This document shows, in pieces, positions 49,950 through 58,457 of a stretch of 64,000 nt of DNA. The DNA comes from a virus, in IMG/VR virus record IMGVR_UViG_3300024350_000006; one strand, 5' to 3'. Position 1 is the first letter of the stretch; each line of letters starts with the position of its first letter. The notes under the pieces are model-generated. The model was not told where the DNA came from. It made no database searches and was given only the letters and a program-made list of their open reading frames with translations. The translations under genes and the position numbers were made by a program.

Positions 49950-50750
49950 ATGAGAGCTAGTGAGTTTTTAAGATTTTTAAGAGAGTTTGCTCCCGACGGT
50001 TATCAACAATATACACTCTATGTTGGTAGCCCCCGACGACATAAAATTGGTACGTTTGCCAGTGTAGACGATGCTGTAGAAGAAGCGCATTTTTTGTGGA
50101 ACGTTGATCCAAGAGCAGGAACGGACTATTGGACCGTAACAGACTTAAATGATACTGTGGTGTGGTCACACGACCCAGGAGAAGTATATGATCAAATGCG
50201 CAGCGGTAGCAAAATAAAATATCGTAAACCTGATGATCTGAAAGAAACTGATGAACAAGATTTAACTGCTCTTAAAGAGGCTTGTGAGAATTGGATGGAA
50301 ATGTATTTTGATGCCAACGATATCAATACTATTCTTACGCATCCTTATAGTCAAAAGTTTAAGACTCCCGGCACTGATATAGAAAATCTCTATCGTGGAT
50401 TAATAGTCAAAGGTAATAAGTTCAAGGCAGTTCCGAAAAAAAGTAACAGAAAATTTGTGGCTTACGCTACAGATTCTTACGGTGCTGAAGCATTTTTAGC
50501 TAGTCTTGATATTGGTGGTCGACAAGTTATCATTGAAAAAGAGTATCATCCCGAAAATTTTATTTTAGATTTTACAGGTCTCTACGAAAGTTTATTTCCC
50601 GATTTGGGGTATCATAATCGTTACCAGTCAGAATATGAAGTCTGGATGCAGGCTACTCCCTATTATACTTCAGTTGACGAAACAGAAATAATATCAGATA
50701 CTGCCTGGGATGATACTGACGATGGCGAACCTGGAAGAGGAAATTTATAA
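49950..50750 (+). CDS. Two-domain protein with C-terminal ADP-ribosyltransferase-like domain
   Basis: LYRG...AYAT...QSEYEV (R-S-ExE-like arrangement). Confidence 0.5.
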   Translation: MRASEFLRFLREFAPDGYQQYTLYVGSPRRHKIGTFASVDDAVEEAHFLWNVDPRAGTDYWTVTDLNDTVVWSHDPGEVYDQMRSGSKIKYRKPDDLKETDEQDLTALKEACENWMEMYFDANDINTILTHPYSQKFKTPGTDIENLYRGLIVKGNKFKAVPKKSNRKFVAYATDSYGAEAFLASLDIGGRQVIIEKEYHPENFILDFTGLYESLFPDLGYHNRYQSEYEVWMQATPYYTSVDETEIISDTAWDDTDDGEPGRGNL

Positions 50751-50755
50751 AACCT

Positions 50756-52483
50756 ATGCGATACAGTGAACTAAAAGAATTATTTGAGCCTAAACCAGAC
50801 GTCACAATAAACTGGAGCAAAGCCTTCAGTGATGAAAGTAATGCTTCTATAGCGACTCCCTCGGGACAAGCTTTAGAAGTAAATTTTTGGGAGATAAGTC
50901 CTGGTGTTGTATCTATTGATTTTACTGTAAATGAATCACACGAACTCACCAATCACAAGGAAGAGATTGCAGTATTCAACGGTGTTATAAACAGTATACG
51001 AGAATACATCAGTAAACATCCTGTTAAAGATGTTTTGTTTCAGGTTAAAAAAACAGAAGAAGGAAAACGTTTAAGTGCCTACGTCAAAATGGCAGCCCGC
51101 CTAGCCTCCAGTCTGGGCTTCCGTCAGGGTAGCATAGAAGAACTAGAAAGTGTTGACCCTAAACTCTACAGTCGTTTTGACAATCGCTACAGTAAATTGC
51201 TCTGGTACACCAGAAGTGGTGCGCCTAAATTAGATATGCAGGAAGATCGTCATCCCAACGAACGTCCCTACGGGCCAGAATCTAGACCCACAATGCCAGC
51301 GGGAACAGTAAGAGTGGATGTCAGTGATGTCTATGATTGGTATAAACTAGGTCAACATATAAGTGATCTAGAAGGTCTAGGTCATCACGATTTTGGCAAA
51401 GGCCCTCCCAGTACTATTTTAAGTTTTGGTAGTGAAGAGGAAGAACACAAATATATTGGTAATCTAGAAAAAATAGGACTAACAACTACAGACATAGATC
51501 CAGTTGATCCCAAACAACCAAAAGGTATGAAGCGCCAGAAGACTGACCCAACCTATAATGTAAATGAAGGAAAAGTTATTGGTGCCAATCAGCTGGTTAA
51601 TGTCTACATCCGAGGTAAGCACAAGGGAGAAAGCTATAGTAAATTAATTGCACAAGATTTTCCCAACAAACACATTGATCAGCTTATACAAAAATTAGTG
51701 GATAAACATAATGTCAATCCCAATGCCATAGTCTATGGGATTCCTGGCCAGGATCTAGAAGAGGACTGGAAAAGTGCTATTGCCAAGGGTGCTCTAGCAG
51801 GTGCAGTGGCACTTGGTGGCGCAGCACAGGCCAAGGCGCCAGCCAATCCCTATCAGAGTTACACTAATGATCCCATAGCACAGATTATACAAAAACGTCA
51901 GGACGAATTAAGTGCCAAGGATAAAAAAACTATTCAACAGGTCACACAACACGTGGCCCAGGCTAAAAAATCTCCCGAGGTAAAAAAGACAAAAGAAACT
52001 CCCTACCAACCTATCACAGGTAGTAAACTAGAAACTAGTCTATATAATTTTGCAAAAAAACTTGGCCTTAAAGGCACTGAGCTGGCAGCATTTATGGCGC
52101 AGACTGCTCACGAGACTGATTATTTTAAAACACTGAGTGAATACAGCAGTGGTGAACAATATGAAGGAAGAAAAGATCTTGGTAACATCTATAAAGGCGA
52201 TGGTGTTAAGTATAAGGGAAGAGGTTTTATACAGATTACTGGTCGCTATAATTACACGCAGGCAGCCAAAGATCTAGGTATTGATCTAGTTAAGCATCCT
52301 GAACTAGCGGAACGCCCAGACGTTGCTGCCAAAGTAACCTGGTGGTACTGGAAAAATCGTGTACGTCCTAATGTAGCAAGTTTTGCTGATGTTAAACAAG
52401 TAACCAAACAGATTAATCCTGCTCTGCGTGGGCTGGAAAAACGCCGACAGTTTACTAAAGATTTTAAGATAGCACAAAAATAA
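50756..52483 (+). CDS. Multidomain protein with C-terminal GH19 (chitinase/lysozyme-like) domain
   Basis: AAFMAQTAHET, YEGRKDLGN, GDGVKYKGRGFIQITGRYNY, VTKQIN. Confidence 0.85.
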   Translation: MRYSELKELFEPKPDVTINWSKAFSDESNASIATPSGQALEVNFWEISPGVVSIDFTVNESHELTNHKEEIAVFNGVINSIREYISKHPVKDVLFQVKKTEEGKRLSAYVKMAARLASSLGFRQGSIEELESVDPKLYSRFDNRYSKLLWYTRSGAPKLDMQEDRHPNERPYGPESRPTMPAGTVRVDVSDVYDWYKLGQHISDLEGLGHHDFGKGPPSTILSFGSEEEEHKYIGNLEKIGLTTTDIDPVDPKQPKGMKRQKTDPTYNVNEGKVIGANQLVNVYIRGKHKGESYSKLIAQDFPNKHIDQLIQKLVDKHNVNPNAIVYGIPGQDLEEDWKSAIAKGALAGAVALGGAAQAKAPANPYQSYTNDPIAQIIQKRQDELSAKDKKTIQQVTQHVAQAKKSPEVKKTKETPYQPITGSKLETSLYNFAKKLGLKGTELAAFMAQTAHETDYFKTLSEYSSGEQYEGRKDLGNIYKGDGVKYKGRGFIQITGRYNYTQAAKDLGIDLVKHPELAERPDVAAKVTWWYWKNRVRPNVASFADVKQVTKQINPALRGLEKRRQFTKDFKIAQK

Positions 52484-52486
52484 GAT

Positions 52487-53515
52487 ATGCGAGCAAACGA
52501 ATTTTTAACTGAATTATTCGATCTCCAAACAGCATTCGAACTGGAATGGGACGATAGTTTTGCTCCTGAGGAATACCACGCCCTGGCCTACGACCGCCAG
52601 GGCAGAACTATTAACATAAGTTTTGTGCCTATTGGTGCCGATGCAGTGGACATTGAATTTACTCGTGGAGGCAGTCACGATGTCACAGGACGTGGTGATG
52701 CTGAACGAGTGTTTGCCACTGTAATAAAAGCAATAGCAACTTACCTAGAAGAATATCGCCAACCTTCCTATGTACTTTTTAGTGGTAAAGAAACAAGTAG
52801 AAATAAATTGTATCAGAGTTTGGTCGTTAGATATGCAGCTGGTTTTGGATATGAGGTAACTTCTCAAGAAAAGTTGCCGGAAGAATTACGCAGTATGTCA
52901 CTACCTAAAGATGTTTTTATATTATCTAAAAAAGCAATAACAGAAGTAATCAACACTAAACAAATCGAACCTGACTTTCATCTAGAGAAAGAGATTGACC
53001 TTGACGGCGTAGGTACATTAAAATTAGTGGCTGACAATCTTAAAGAGTGGCCCAGTGTTCCACAGTTTACAGTTAAAGTATTTTTACCCACAGGAGAAAA
53101 TATTGGCTATTTTAGATTTGTGGTGATGGACTACGAGCCTGAACCAAGGTTCAAGATGTTTGCTAAAAAAACTGATCCCTACGTTATAGGCGGTAATGTT
53201 AATGTCTGGAGTGAGTACCGACGTCGCGGTATAGCCAGTGCTGTCTATAAATGGGTCAAGAGCTGGGGGAACGATATTAGACCTAGTACTACACAGACTG
53301 ATGCTGGTAGAGCAATGTGGCGCGGTCTAGAGCGCAACCTAGCGGAAAACTTCAAGGACGGAAAAAATCCCGGACGTAAAGGATTAGCCAAACGCAGTGG
53401 TGTTAATTGTAAAGCCAGTGTGAGTACTCTCCGCCGCGTGGCAAAAAATAGTAGCGGCGAAAAACAACGTATGGCTCACTGGTGTGCAAATATGAAAGCA
53501 GGACGTAAAAAATGA
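52487..53515 (+). CDS. Multidomain protein with GNAT acetyltransferase-like domain and basic C-terminal module
   Basis: V.SEYRRRGIASAVY...QTDAGRAMW; N-domain paralogous to that of 50756. Confidence 0.65.
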   Translation: MRANEFLTELFDLQTAFELEWDDSFAPEEYHALAYDRQGRTINISFVPIGADAVDIEFTRGGSHDVTGRGDAERVFATVIKAIATYLEEYRQPSYVLFSGKETSRNKLYQSLVVRYAAGFGYEVTSQEKLPEELRSMSLPKDVFILSKKAITEVINTKQIEPDFHLEKEIDLDGVGTLKLVADNLKEWPSVPQFTVKVFLPTGENIGYFRFVVMDYEPEPRFKMFAKKTDPYVIGGNVNVWSEYRRRGIASAVYKWVKSWGNDIRPSTTQTDAGRAMWRGLERNLAENFKDGKNPGRKGLAKRSGVNCKASVSTLRRVAKNSSGEKQRMAHWCANMKAGRKK

Positions 53516-54174
53516 AAGCCTCCGAGTTTATATCCGAGGGTAGAAATACACCAGTAATTGTGGTAGACGTTCAGCCCGAATATTCTGGAATACTTGACGG
53601 TGATGAAAATCCAGTGTTTGGTGAGATAATTAAGTTTGTAAACAATCAAACAGGACCTGTGTTAATGTTTGTTAATGCAGAACGAGATGGACTTACAGGG
53701 GACACTATTAATGATGTGTTATCCTACTGGGAAGAAACTATAGCAGAAGAAGATCCCAATTGGTATGATGACAATCCCTTCGCTCCTAGAAGTCCCATAA
53801 ACTGGAATCGTTTTCACATTGTAGACAAAGGGTATGGTTGGTTTAGACCCTGGATGGATCAAGGTGTACAACCTAAATTTATCATACAATTAATTCGTTA
53901 TATGTATCAACATAAACTTAACGATATACGCGATGATATAGAAGGCGTCTATGAATATATGACTCACAATCCCATTGGCGGACAAATAATTGACTGGCAA
54001 GACTGGATGGAAGATGAATCTTTCGTAATTAACTGGACCAGTGTAGCACAACTAAAAAAATTTAGTGGTTCCTACATCGTGGGTGGTGGCAGGCAAGAAT
54101 GTCTTCGTGAAGTTGAACTACTAATGAACGCATTTAATATTAAATACAAACGTATAGACAGTTTGGTCTACTAA
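53512..54174 (+). CDS. Isochorismatase/cysteine-hydrolase-like protein
   Basis: IVVDVQP, DKGYG, VGGGRQECL. Confidence 0.55.
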   Translation: MKASEFISEGRNTPVIVVDVQPEYSGILDGDENPVFGEIIKFVNNQTGPVLMFVNAERDGLTGDTINDVLSYWEETIAEEDPNWYDDNPFAPRSPINWNRFHIVDKGYGWFRPWMDQGVQPKFIIQLIRYMYQHKLNDIRDDIEGVYEYMTHNPIGGQIIDWQDWMEDESFVINWTSVAQLKKFSGSYIVGGGRQECLREVELLMNAFNIKYKRIDSLVY

Positions 54175-54184
54175 GAGAACAATA

Positions 54185-54784
54185 ATGAAATCCAGTGAAT
54201 TTACCCGTAAACCTCGTAAGCTAGTCATTTTTGACATAGATGACACCCTAGTACATACTCAGACCAAGGTTAAAGTTATACGTGACGGTGAGGTAGTTAG
54301 AGAACTTAATAGTCATCAGTTTACACATTACAAACTAGCACCAGGTGAGAGTTTTGATTTTGGTGCTTTTAGAAGTGCTAGAGAATTCTTTCATCATAGT
54401 CAGCCCATAGTACCTATGATCAAACAGCTTCGCGACGACATCGCCACAGGCAATCGTGTGGCAATGGTCACAGCACGTGAAGATTTCGACGATAAAGAAA
54501 TATTTTTAAAAACATTTGAAAAGTGGAACGTGGATATGAATCGTGTCCACGTTCATCGTGCTGGAAATCTAAAAGGCCCCGAGGGCATACACGACAAAAA
54601 GAAGATTATTATACGTAAGTTACTGGACAGCGAAGATTTTACTAAAGCTATTATGTACGACGACAGTGTACCAAATTTAAAATCCTTTCTGGAACTCAAA
54701 CAGGAGTACCCGGATACAAGTTTTTATGCCTGGCACGTGGACCAAAGTGGTAGCACACACGAACTAGCCCGCGCCAAAGAATAA
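54185..54784 (+). CDS. HAD-superfamily phosphatase
   Basis: IFDIDDTL, MVTAR, K, YDDS. Confidence 0.85.
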   Translation: MKSSEFTRKPRKLVIFDIDDTLVHTQTKVKVIRDGEVVRELNSHQFTHYKLAPGESFDFGAFRSAREFFHHSQPIVPMIKQLRDDIATGNRVAMVTAREDFDDKEIFLKTFEKWNVDMNRVHVHRAGNLKGPEGIHDKKKIIIRKLLDSEDFTKAIMYDDSVPNLKSFLELKQEYPDTSFYAWHVDQSGSTHELARAKE

Positions 54785-54843
54785 ACCAGCTTGACATTTA
54801 TAACATCTGGTGCTAGACTGGGCTTTTCAGTCAAGGCGGCACT

Positions 54844-55215
54844 ATGTTAACGAAATCACAACTAGCCCTACTAACCATTCTGGTCTGCAATCTTGCAGCG
54901 GCGCAGGAACAGGCCTGTCGCTGGGAAGAAGTAACTGTGATATTACCACCAAAAGTCTATCACGCCAGTCCGGCGGCAGGCACCACACAACAAGGTCTTA
55001 GAGAAGAAGCCTATTGTGAAACTCTGCCCAAGGATCAGTTAAACTGGCGTGCCTATCAAAAATGTGTAAGTGAAGCCTACGTGCGCGATGCTGAGCGTCG
55101 TACTGCCACACAGGGGCGACCTGTTTCTGAAGTTATTAGAACTAGACGCTGTGTGCCTATACAATCTGGTGATGTTAATGCCAAGACAGAAAATCTAGAC
55201 CGGCTGAGTGAATAA
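54844..55215 (+). CDS. Secreted hypothetical protein
   Basis: Signal peptide; promoter TTGACA-N17-TAGACT at 54791-54819. Confidence 0.6.
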   Translation: MLTKSQLALLTILVCNLAAAQEQACRWEEVTVILPPKVYHASPAAGTTQQGLREEAYCETLPKDQLNWRAYQKCVSEAYVRDAERRTATQGRPVSEVIRTRRCVPIQSGDVNAKTENLDRLSE

Positions 55216-55621
55216 AATGCAGATCATTGATCACGATTCTAGAAATCGTTTAGTAAATTCCGGCATTAGTTTTATGCAAACCATAACAGACATCTATGGT
55301 GCCGAGAAAGGAATGCAGCTTTGGGAAGTAATTGCAGACACTGTTAGTCCAGATCTTAAAGGTGACATCTTTATGGCCTTGCTCACAGGTAATTACCATC
55401 AGGATAGAATTCACGTTAGACAACCTTTTCAAGGACCAATGGCTAGCAAAGTAAGTCTTATCAAGTGTATTAGAAATTACGATAAAAGAAGACTGGGACT
55501 TAAAGAAGCCAAAGACATTGCTGACAGCCTGGAAACTGGAGCTATACAGGTATTAGAAGTACAGCCCGAGATACGATCCACCTTTGTTGTTGAACTACGT
55601 AAACTGGGTATGGTTATTTAA
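55208..55621 (+). CDS. Protein with C-terminal ribosomal bL12 (L7/L12) CTD-like domain
   Basis: KVSLIKCIRN...LGLKEAKDIAD resembles bL12 KxxVIKxVRxxxGLGLKEAKDLVE. Confidence 0.7.
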   Translation: MNKMQIIDHDSRNRLVNSGISFMQTITDIYGAEKGMQLWEVIADTVSPDLKGDIFMALLTGNYHQDRIHVRQPFQGPMASKVSLIKCIRNYDKRRLGLKEAKDIADSLETGAIQVLEVQPEIRSTFVVELRKLGMVI

Positions 55622-55630
55622 TTAACAACT

Positions 55631-55721
55631 TTGTTGCTTTTTAGCAACAAAAAAATCTGGTTGACAATAACTACCAAAATGGCTATAATAGCGGTATAGT
55701 AATTAACAAGGAGCAGAAATG
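55631..55721 (+). promoter_or_regulatory. Palindrome plus early promoter/RBS cassette
   Basis: TTGTTGCT-tttt-AGCAACAA, then TTGACA-N17-TATAATAGCGGTA..AACAAGGAGCAGAAATG. Confidence 0.88.
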
Positions 55722-55958
55722 ATACTAGCTGACCAAGTTAACAAATTAGTAACACTTAGCCGCCACGATCTTAGCCAGATTCTTGCCCGTACAGGTTATA
55801 CAGGCGTAAGTTTTAAATCTGTTAAGTTTTTGGGTATTACCAACAGCGGTGACTTTTGCTATTCTGCAACTTATTTTGACGAAGCGGGCACTGGCGAAGA
55901 AACTTGCAAGGTTTATGTTAGCAAAGATGCAACAGGTGACCTCACCGCGGAATTCTAA
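55719..55958 (+). CDS. Hypothetical early protein
   Basis: Directly downstream of the promoter cassette. Confidence 0.7.
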   Translation: MILADQVNKLVTLSRHDLSQILARTGYTGVSFKSVKFLGITNSGDFCYSATYFDEAGTGEETCKVYVSKDATGDLTAEF

Positions 55959-56028
55959 ATCTGGTTGACTTTAATTACCAATTCGGCTATAATAGCGGTA
56001 TAGTAATTAATAAGGAGCGTAACAAATG
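55957..56028 (+). promoter_or_regulatory. Early promoter/RBS cassette
   Basis: AAATCTGGTTGACT-N17-TATAATAGCGGTATAGTAATTAATAAGGAGC. Confidence 0.88.
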
Positions 56029-56325
56029 AGCAAGCTTACTGCCTACACTGTTGTAGTTTACAAAGCAGACCGTCGTATTAAAAAAGACGAACGGTATGGT
56101 CGCAATAAAAAAGGTCTGCGTTTTGTTTCAGAGCGTGACTTTGCACCTAGTACCAAGGACTATATCAATACGGTGGCAAATGCGGACCGCAGAGCAGGCT
56201 ATATTGTGGAAGTTTTTGAGACTTATGTAACTCGTAAGAATCTTTTGTCAGGTAATGAGTATCAGGAGCGTTATGATACTCCTAGTTTTTGTTCCCCTAG
56301 TTCTGAATCTTTTTGGAGTATGTAA
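56026..56325 (+). CDS. Conserved phage hypothetical protein
   Basis: YKADRRIK...RKNLLSG.EYQERYDTPSFCSPSSESFWSM. Confidence 0.72.
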   Translation: MSKLTAYTVVVYKADRRIKKDERYGRNKKGLRFVSERDFAPSTKDYINTVANADRRAGYIVEVFETYVTRKNLLSGNEYQERYDTPSFCSPSSESFWSM

Positions 56326-56326
56326 T

Positions 56327-56554
56327 ATGAGAGTAGCACACGATTTTGGTAAGGTACGTATTGTCCATCTAGGCGACCCAATGGATTTTGCCAGCGACAT
56401 ACTAGTAGAAATTCAGGAGGCAGATGGTACCTGGCGTCGTTATGCAGGCTTTAACAGTTTAAGTGATGACTGGGCGCATACCAATGCTAGAGAGGCCGCG
56501 GGTCGTGCTATAGCAATGCTGGCCAAACAGGCAGCAGAATCATTTTCGGAGTAA
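56327..56554 (+). CDS. Hypothetical protein
   Basis: GGAG RBS before MRVAHDFGKVRIV. Confidence 0.6.
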   Translation: MRVAHDFGKVRIVHLGDPMDFASDILVEIQEADGTWRRYAGFNSLSDDWAHTNAREAAGRAIAMLAKQAAESFSE

Positions 56555-56842
56555 ACAATTATGACCAAATGGATCTTTATAGGCTTGATCGTGATCTATG
56601 TGGTCAGCCCACGTACTGCTCAAAAGTTGGTTGATAGTACAGCCACAGCCGTGGTGGGAACCGTCAAAATGATTGCTCATAGCACAGTAAGTGCAGCACA
56701 GAATTAAAATATTTGCAATCTTTTTGGTAAACAGAATCAAAATAGTGGTTGACTTTATATGCAGTTCCAGCTACTATGCTGATACGTTGGCTAGTACCAA
56801 CACATTTTTATTTCAACAACCTTAATACAAGGAGTATCAAAG

Positions 56843-57220
56843 ATGAGTAATGACCGTATGTTTACAGTGGCAGGCGTTGCTGTTCGTAAAGGTGAGTACA
56901 AGACCCGTTTCGGCACTGATATGGTTGTCAAGACCAAGGCACTACACAAGGCAGGTATCGAAGATATCAATCTTATTGAGCTGCCTAAGCCTATGAGCCG
57001 TGGTGAGGCTGCACGTTTCCTCAAGGGCACTGAGCTCTATAAAAATCCGGTCTACGCCGCTGCCATCGACGCAGCCGACGAGAAGTACCAGGGTGCTGGC
57101 ACTATGGTTAACCGCGCTAATGCTGTCAAGGTTAGCAAACCTGGCAAGGCCAAGGCTGAAAAGCCCAGCCTGGACAGTATCAAGGCCAAGGCTGGTAAAA
57201 AGCAAGCCGAAACAGTCTAA
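56843..57220 (+). CDS. Basic hypothetical protein (paralog of 7823..8227)
   Basis: Promoter TTGACT-N17-TACTAT at 56749-56777; AAGGAG RBS; Lys/Ala-rich tail. Confidence 0.75.
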   Translation: MSNDRMFTVAGVAVRKGEYKTRFGTDMVVKTKALHKAGIEDINLIELPKPMSRGEAARFLKGTELYKNPVYAAAIDAADEKYQGAGTMVNRANAVKVSKPGKAKAEKPSLDSIKAKAGKKQAETV

Positions 57221-57239
57221 GCAGACTGTAAGCCAAGAC

Positions 57240-57265
57240 AAGCGGGCCTAGTGCCCGCTTTTTCT
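57240..57265 (+). terminator. Intrinsic terminator followed by TATAAATA
   Basis: AAGCGGGC-ctagt-GCCCGCTTTTT. Confidence 0.8.
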
Positions 57266-57276
57266 ATAAATATGGT

Positions 57277-57417
57277 ATGGGAACCGAGCAGTTATATTTT
57301 ATTATTGGATTTTTGCTAGGCACAATGCTGACTGGTTGCGTACTAGCTATTGGCGTTATTCTCTGGTACGAGTGGTATATCAAACCATCTAGACCAGAAG
57401 ATCCGGACACACCTTAG
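57277..57417 (+). CDS. Small membrane protein (46 aa, not in track)
   Basis: MGTEQLYFIIGFLLGTMLTGCVLAIGVILWY... Confidence 0.5.
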   Translation: MGTEQLYFIIGFLLGTMLTGCVLAIGVILWYEWYIKPSRPEDPDTP

Positions 57418-57483
57418 GACCGTGTGTGGGCGGCTGCTGCCCTACCCAGAGGAGTCGTGCCCCGAGGGTAAGAGTGAGCTAAA

Positions 57484-57675
57484 ATGAAAGTAGTCTGGGT
57501 TTTAGTAGTATTAGTCTTTGCAGATGGTGAATGGCGTGAATGGAACAGTTATTCACGTCGCGAAGAGTGTGAGGAAATAATACCGGTACTAACACATCAT
57601 CGAGAAAATCAACTACAGGCTATATGCCAACCAAGGCAAGTAGACAAACAATATGAAATTAAAAGAGATAATTGA
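57484..57675 (+). CDS. Small secreted protein
   Basis: VWVLVVLV...C....C pattern shared with 58030..58221. Confidence 0.55.
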   Translation: MKVVWVLVVLVFADGEWREWNSYSRREECEEIIPVLTHHRENQLQAICQPRQVDKQYEIKRDN

Positions 57676-58030
57676 ATCTGCAGATGGAATTTTTAACAAG
57701 ATTCTAACTCACGAGACCACCCCTGAGGCTGCACGCCAAATCCGGGCTAGGGGTTTTGCACAACCTAGATTTGGACAGGGTATTTTCTTTAATGCCCAGG
57801 GTCTAAGCTACAGTGGTGGCGGTTACGGCGGCGCCGAGGTACAGGCTCAGATAATCGGACCCAGCAAGGGAATTTTAAACCTAGAAGACGATGATAATTT
57901 ACCACTAGATCTTGATGAGTATGCCGACGGCGAAGAAATAGCCCGTTATGCTCGTAAAAAAGGTTACTGGGCCTGGACAGATGGTATGCAGTTTGTGGTA
58001 TTGCACAGTAGATACATCAAGGTGTTATAA
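57653..58030 (+). CDS. Possible ADP-ribosyltransferase-like domain with MKLKEIIE leader
   Basis: LTHETT....I.ARGF....FGQGIFF resembles H-Y-E-clade ART N-termini. Confidence 0.45.
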   Translation: MKLKEIIESADGIFNKILTHETTPEAARQIRARGFAQPRFGQGIFFNAQGLSYSGGGYGGAEVQAQIIGPSKGILNLEDDDNLPLDLDEYADGEEIARYARKKGYWAWTDGMQFVVLHSRYIKVL

Positions 58031-58221
58031 TGTGGGCACTTTTTGTAGTAGTTTTTTATCTCCAAACCCCAGATAGTGTGGGCAAGGTAGCGGGTAGTTT
58101 TGAGTTAAGAATGAGATCGCAGGAAAGTTGCATTAAATCCAAAGAACAAATGGAAAAGAACTGGAATTACGAAAAACATAGGATCAATGCTAGTTGTACT
58201 TACAAAGGTTATCTACAATAA
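58030..58221 (+). CDS. Small secreted protein
   Basis: MWALFVVVF...ESC...ASC. Confidence 0.55.
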   Translation: MWALFVVVFYLQTPDSVGKVAGSFELRMRSQESCIKSKEQMEKNWNYEKHRINASCTYKGYLQ

Positions 58222-58239
58222 ATGTACCACAAAACTCTA

Positions 58240-58268
58240 TTGACATTAGCTATATGAGCTGCTACAAT
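58240..58268 (+). promoter_or_regulatory. Sigma70 promoter for the bfd-like/tmRNA unit
   Basis: TTGACA-N17-TACAAT. Confidence 0.75.
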
Positions 58269-58307
58269 TATAGCCTAGATAGGTTATTTTTTATATAGGT
58301 AACTGAT

Positions 58308-58457
58308 TTGATAATTTGTATTTGTCGTAACATAAAAGAATCTGATTTTGAAACAAAAGAGGAAATGATCCAACGCATAATGCAGCTGGATCACAACTGC
58401 GGACAGTGCCAAGAGTATGTCCAAAAGTTAAAAGAATTGTTGTATGAAGTTGAATGA
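58308..58457 (+). CDS. Bfd-like [2Fe-2S] ferredoxin (49 aa, TTG start, not in track)
   Basis: MIICICRNI...HNCGQC: CxC...CGxC ligand set. Confidence 0.65.
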   Translation: MIICICRNIKESDFETKEEMIQRIMQLDHNCGQCQEYVQKLKELLYEVE

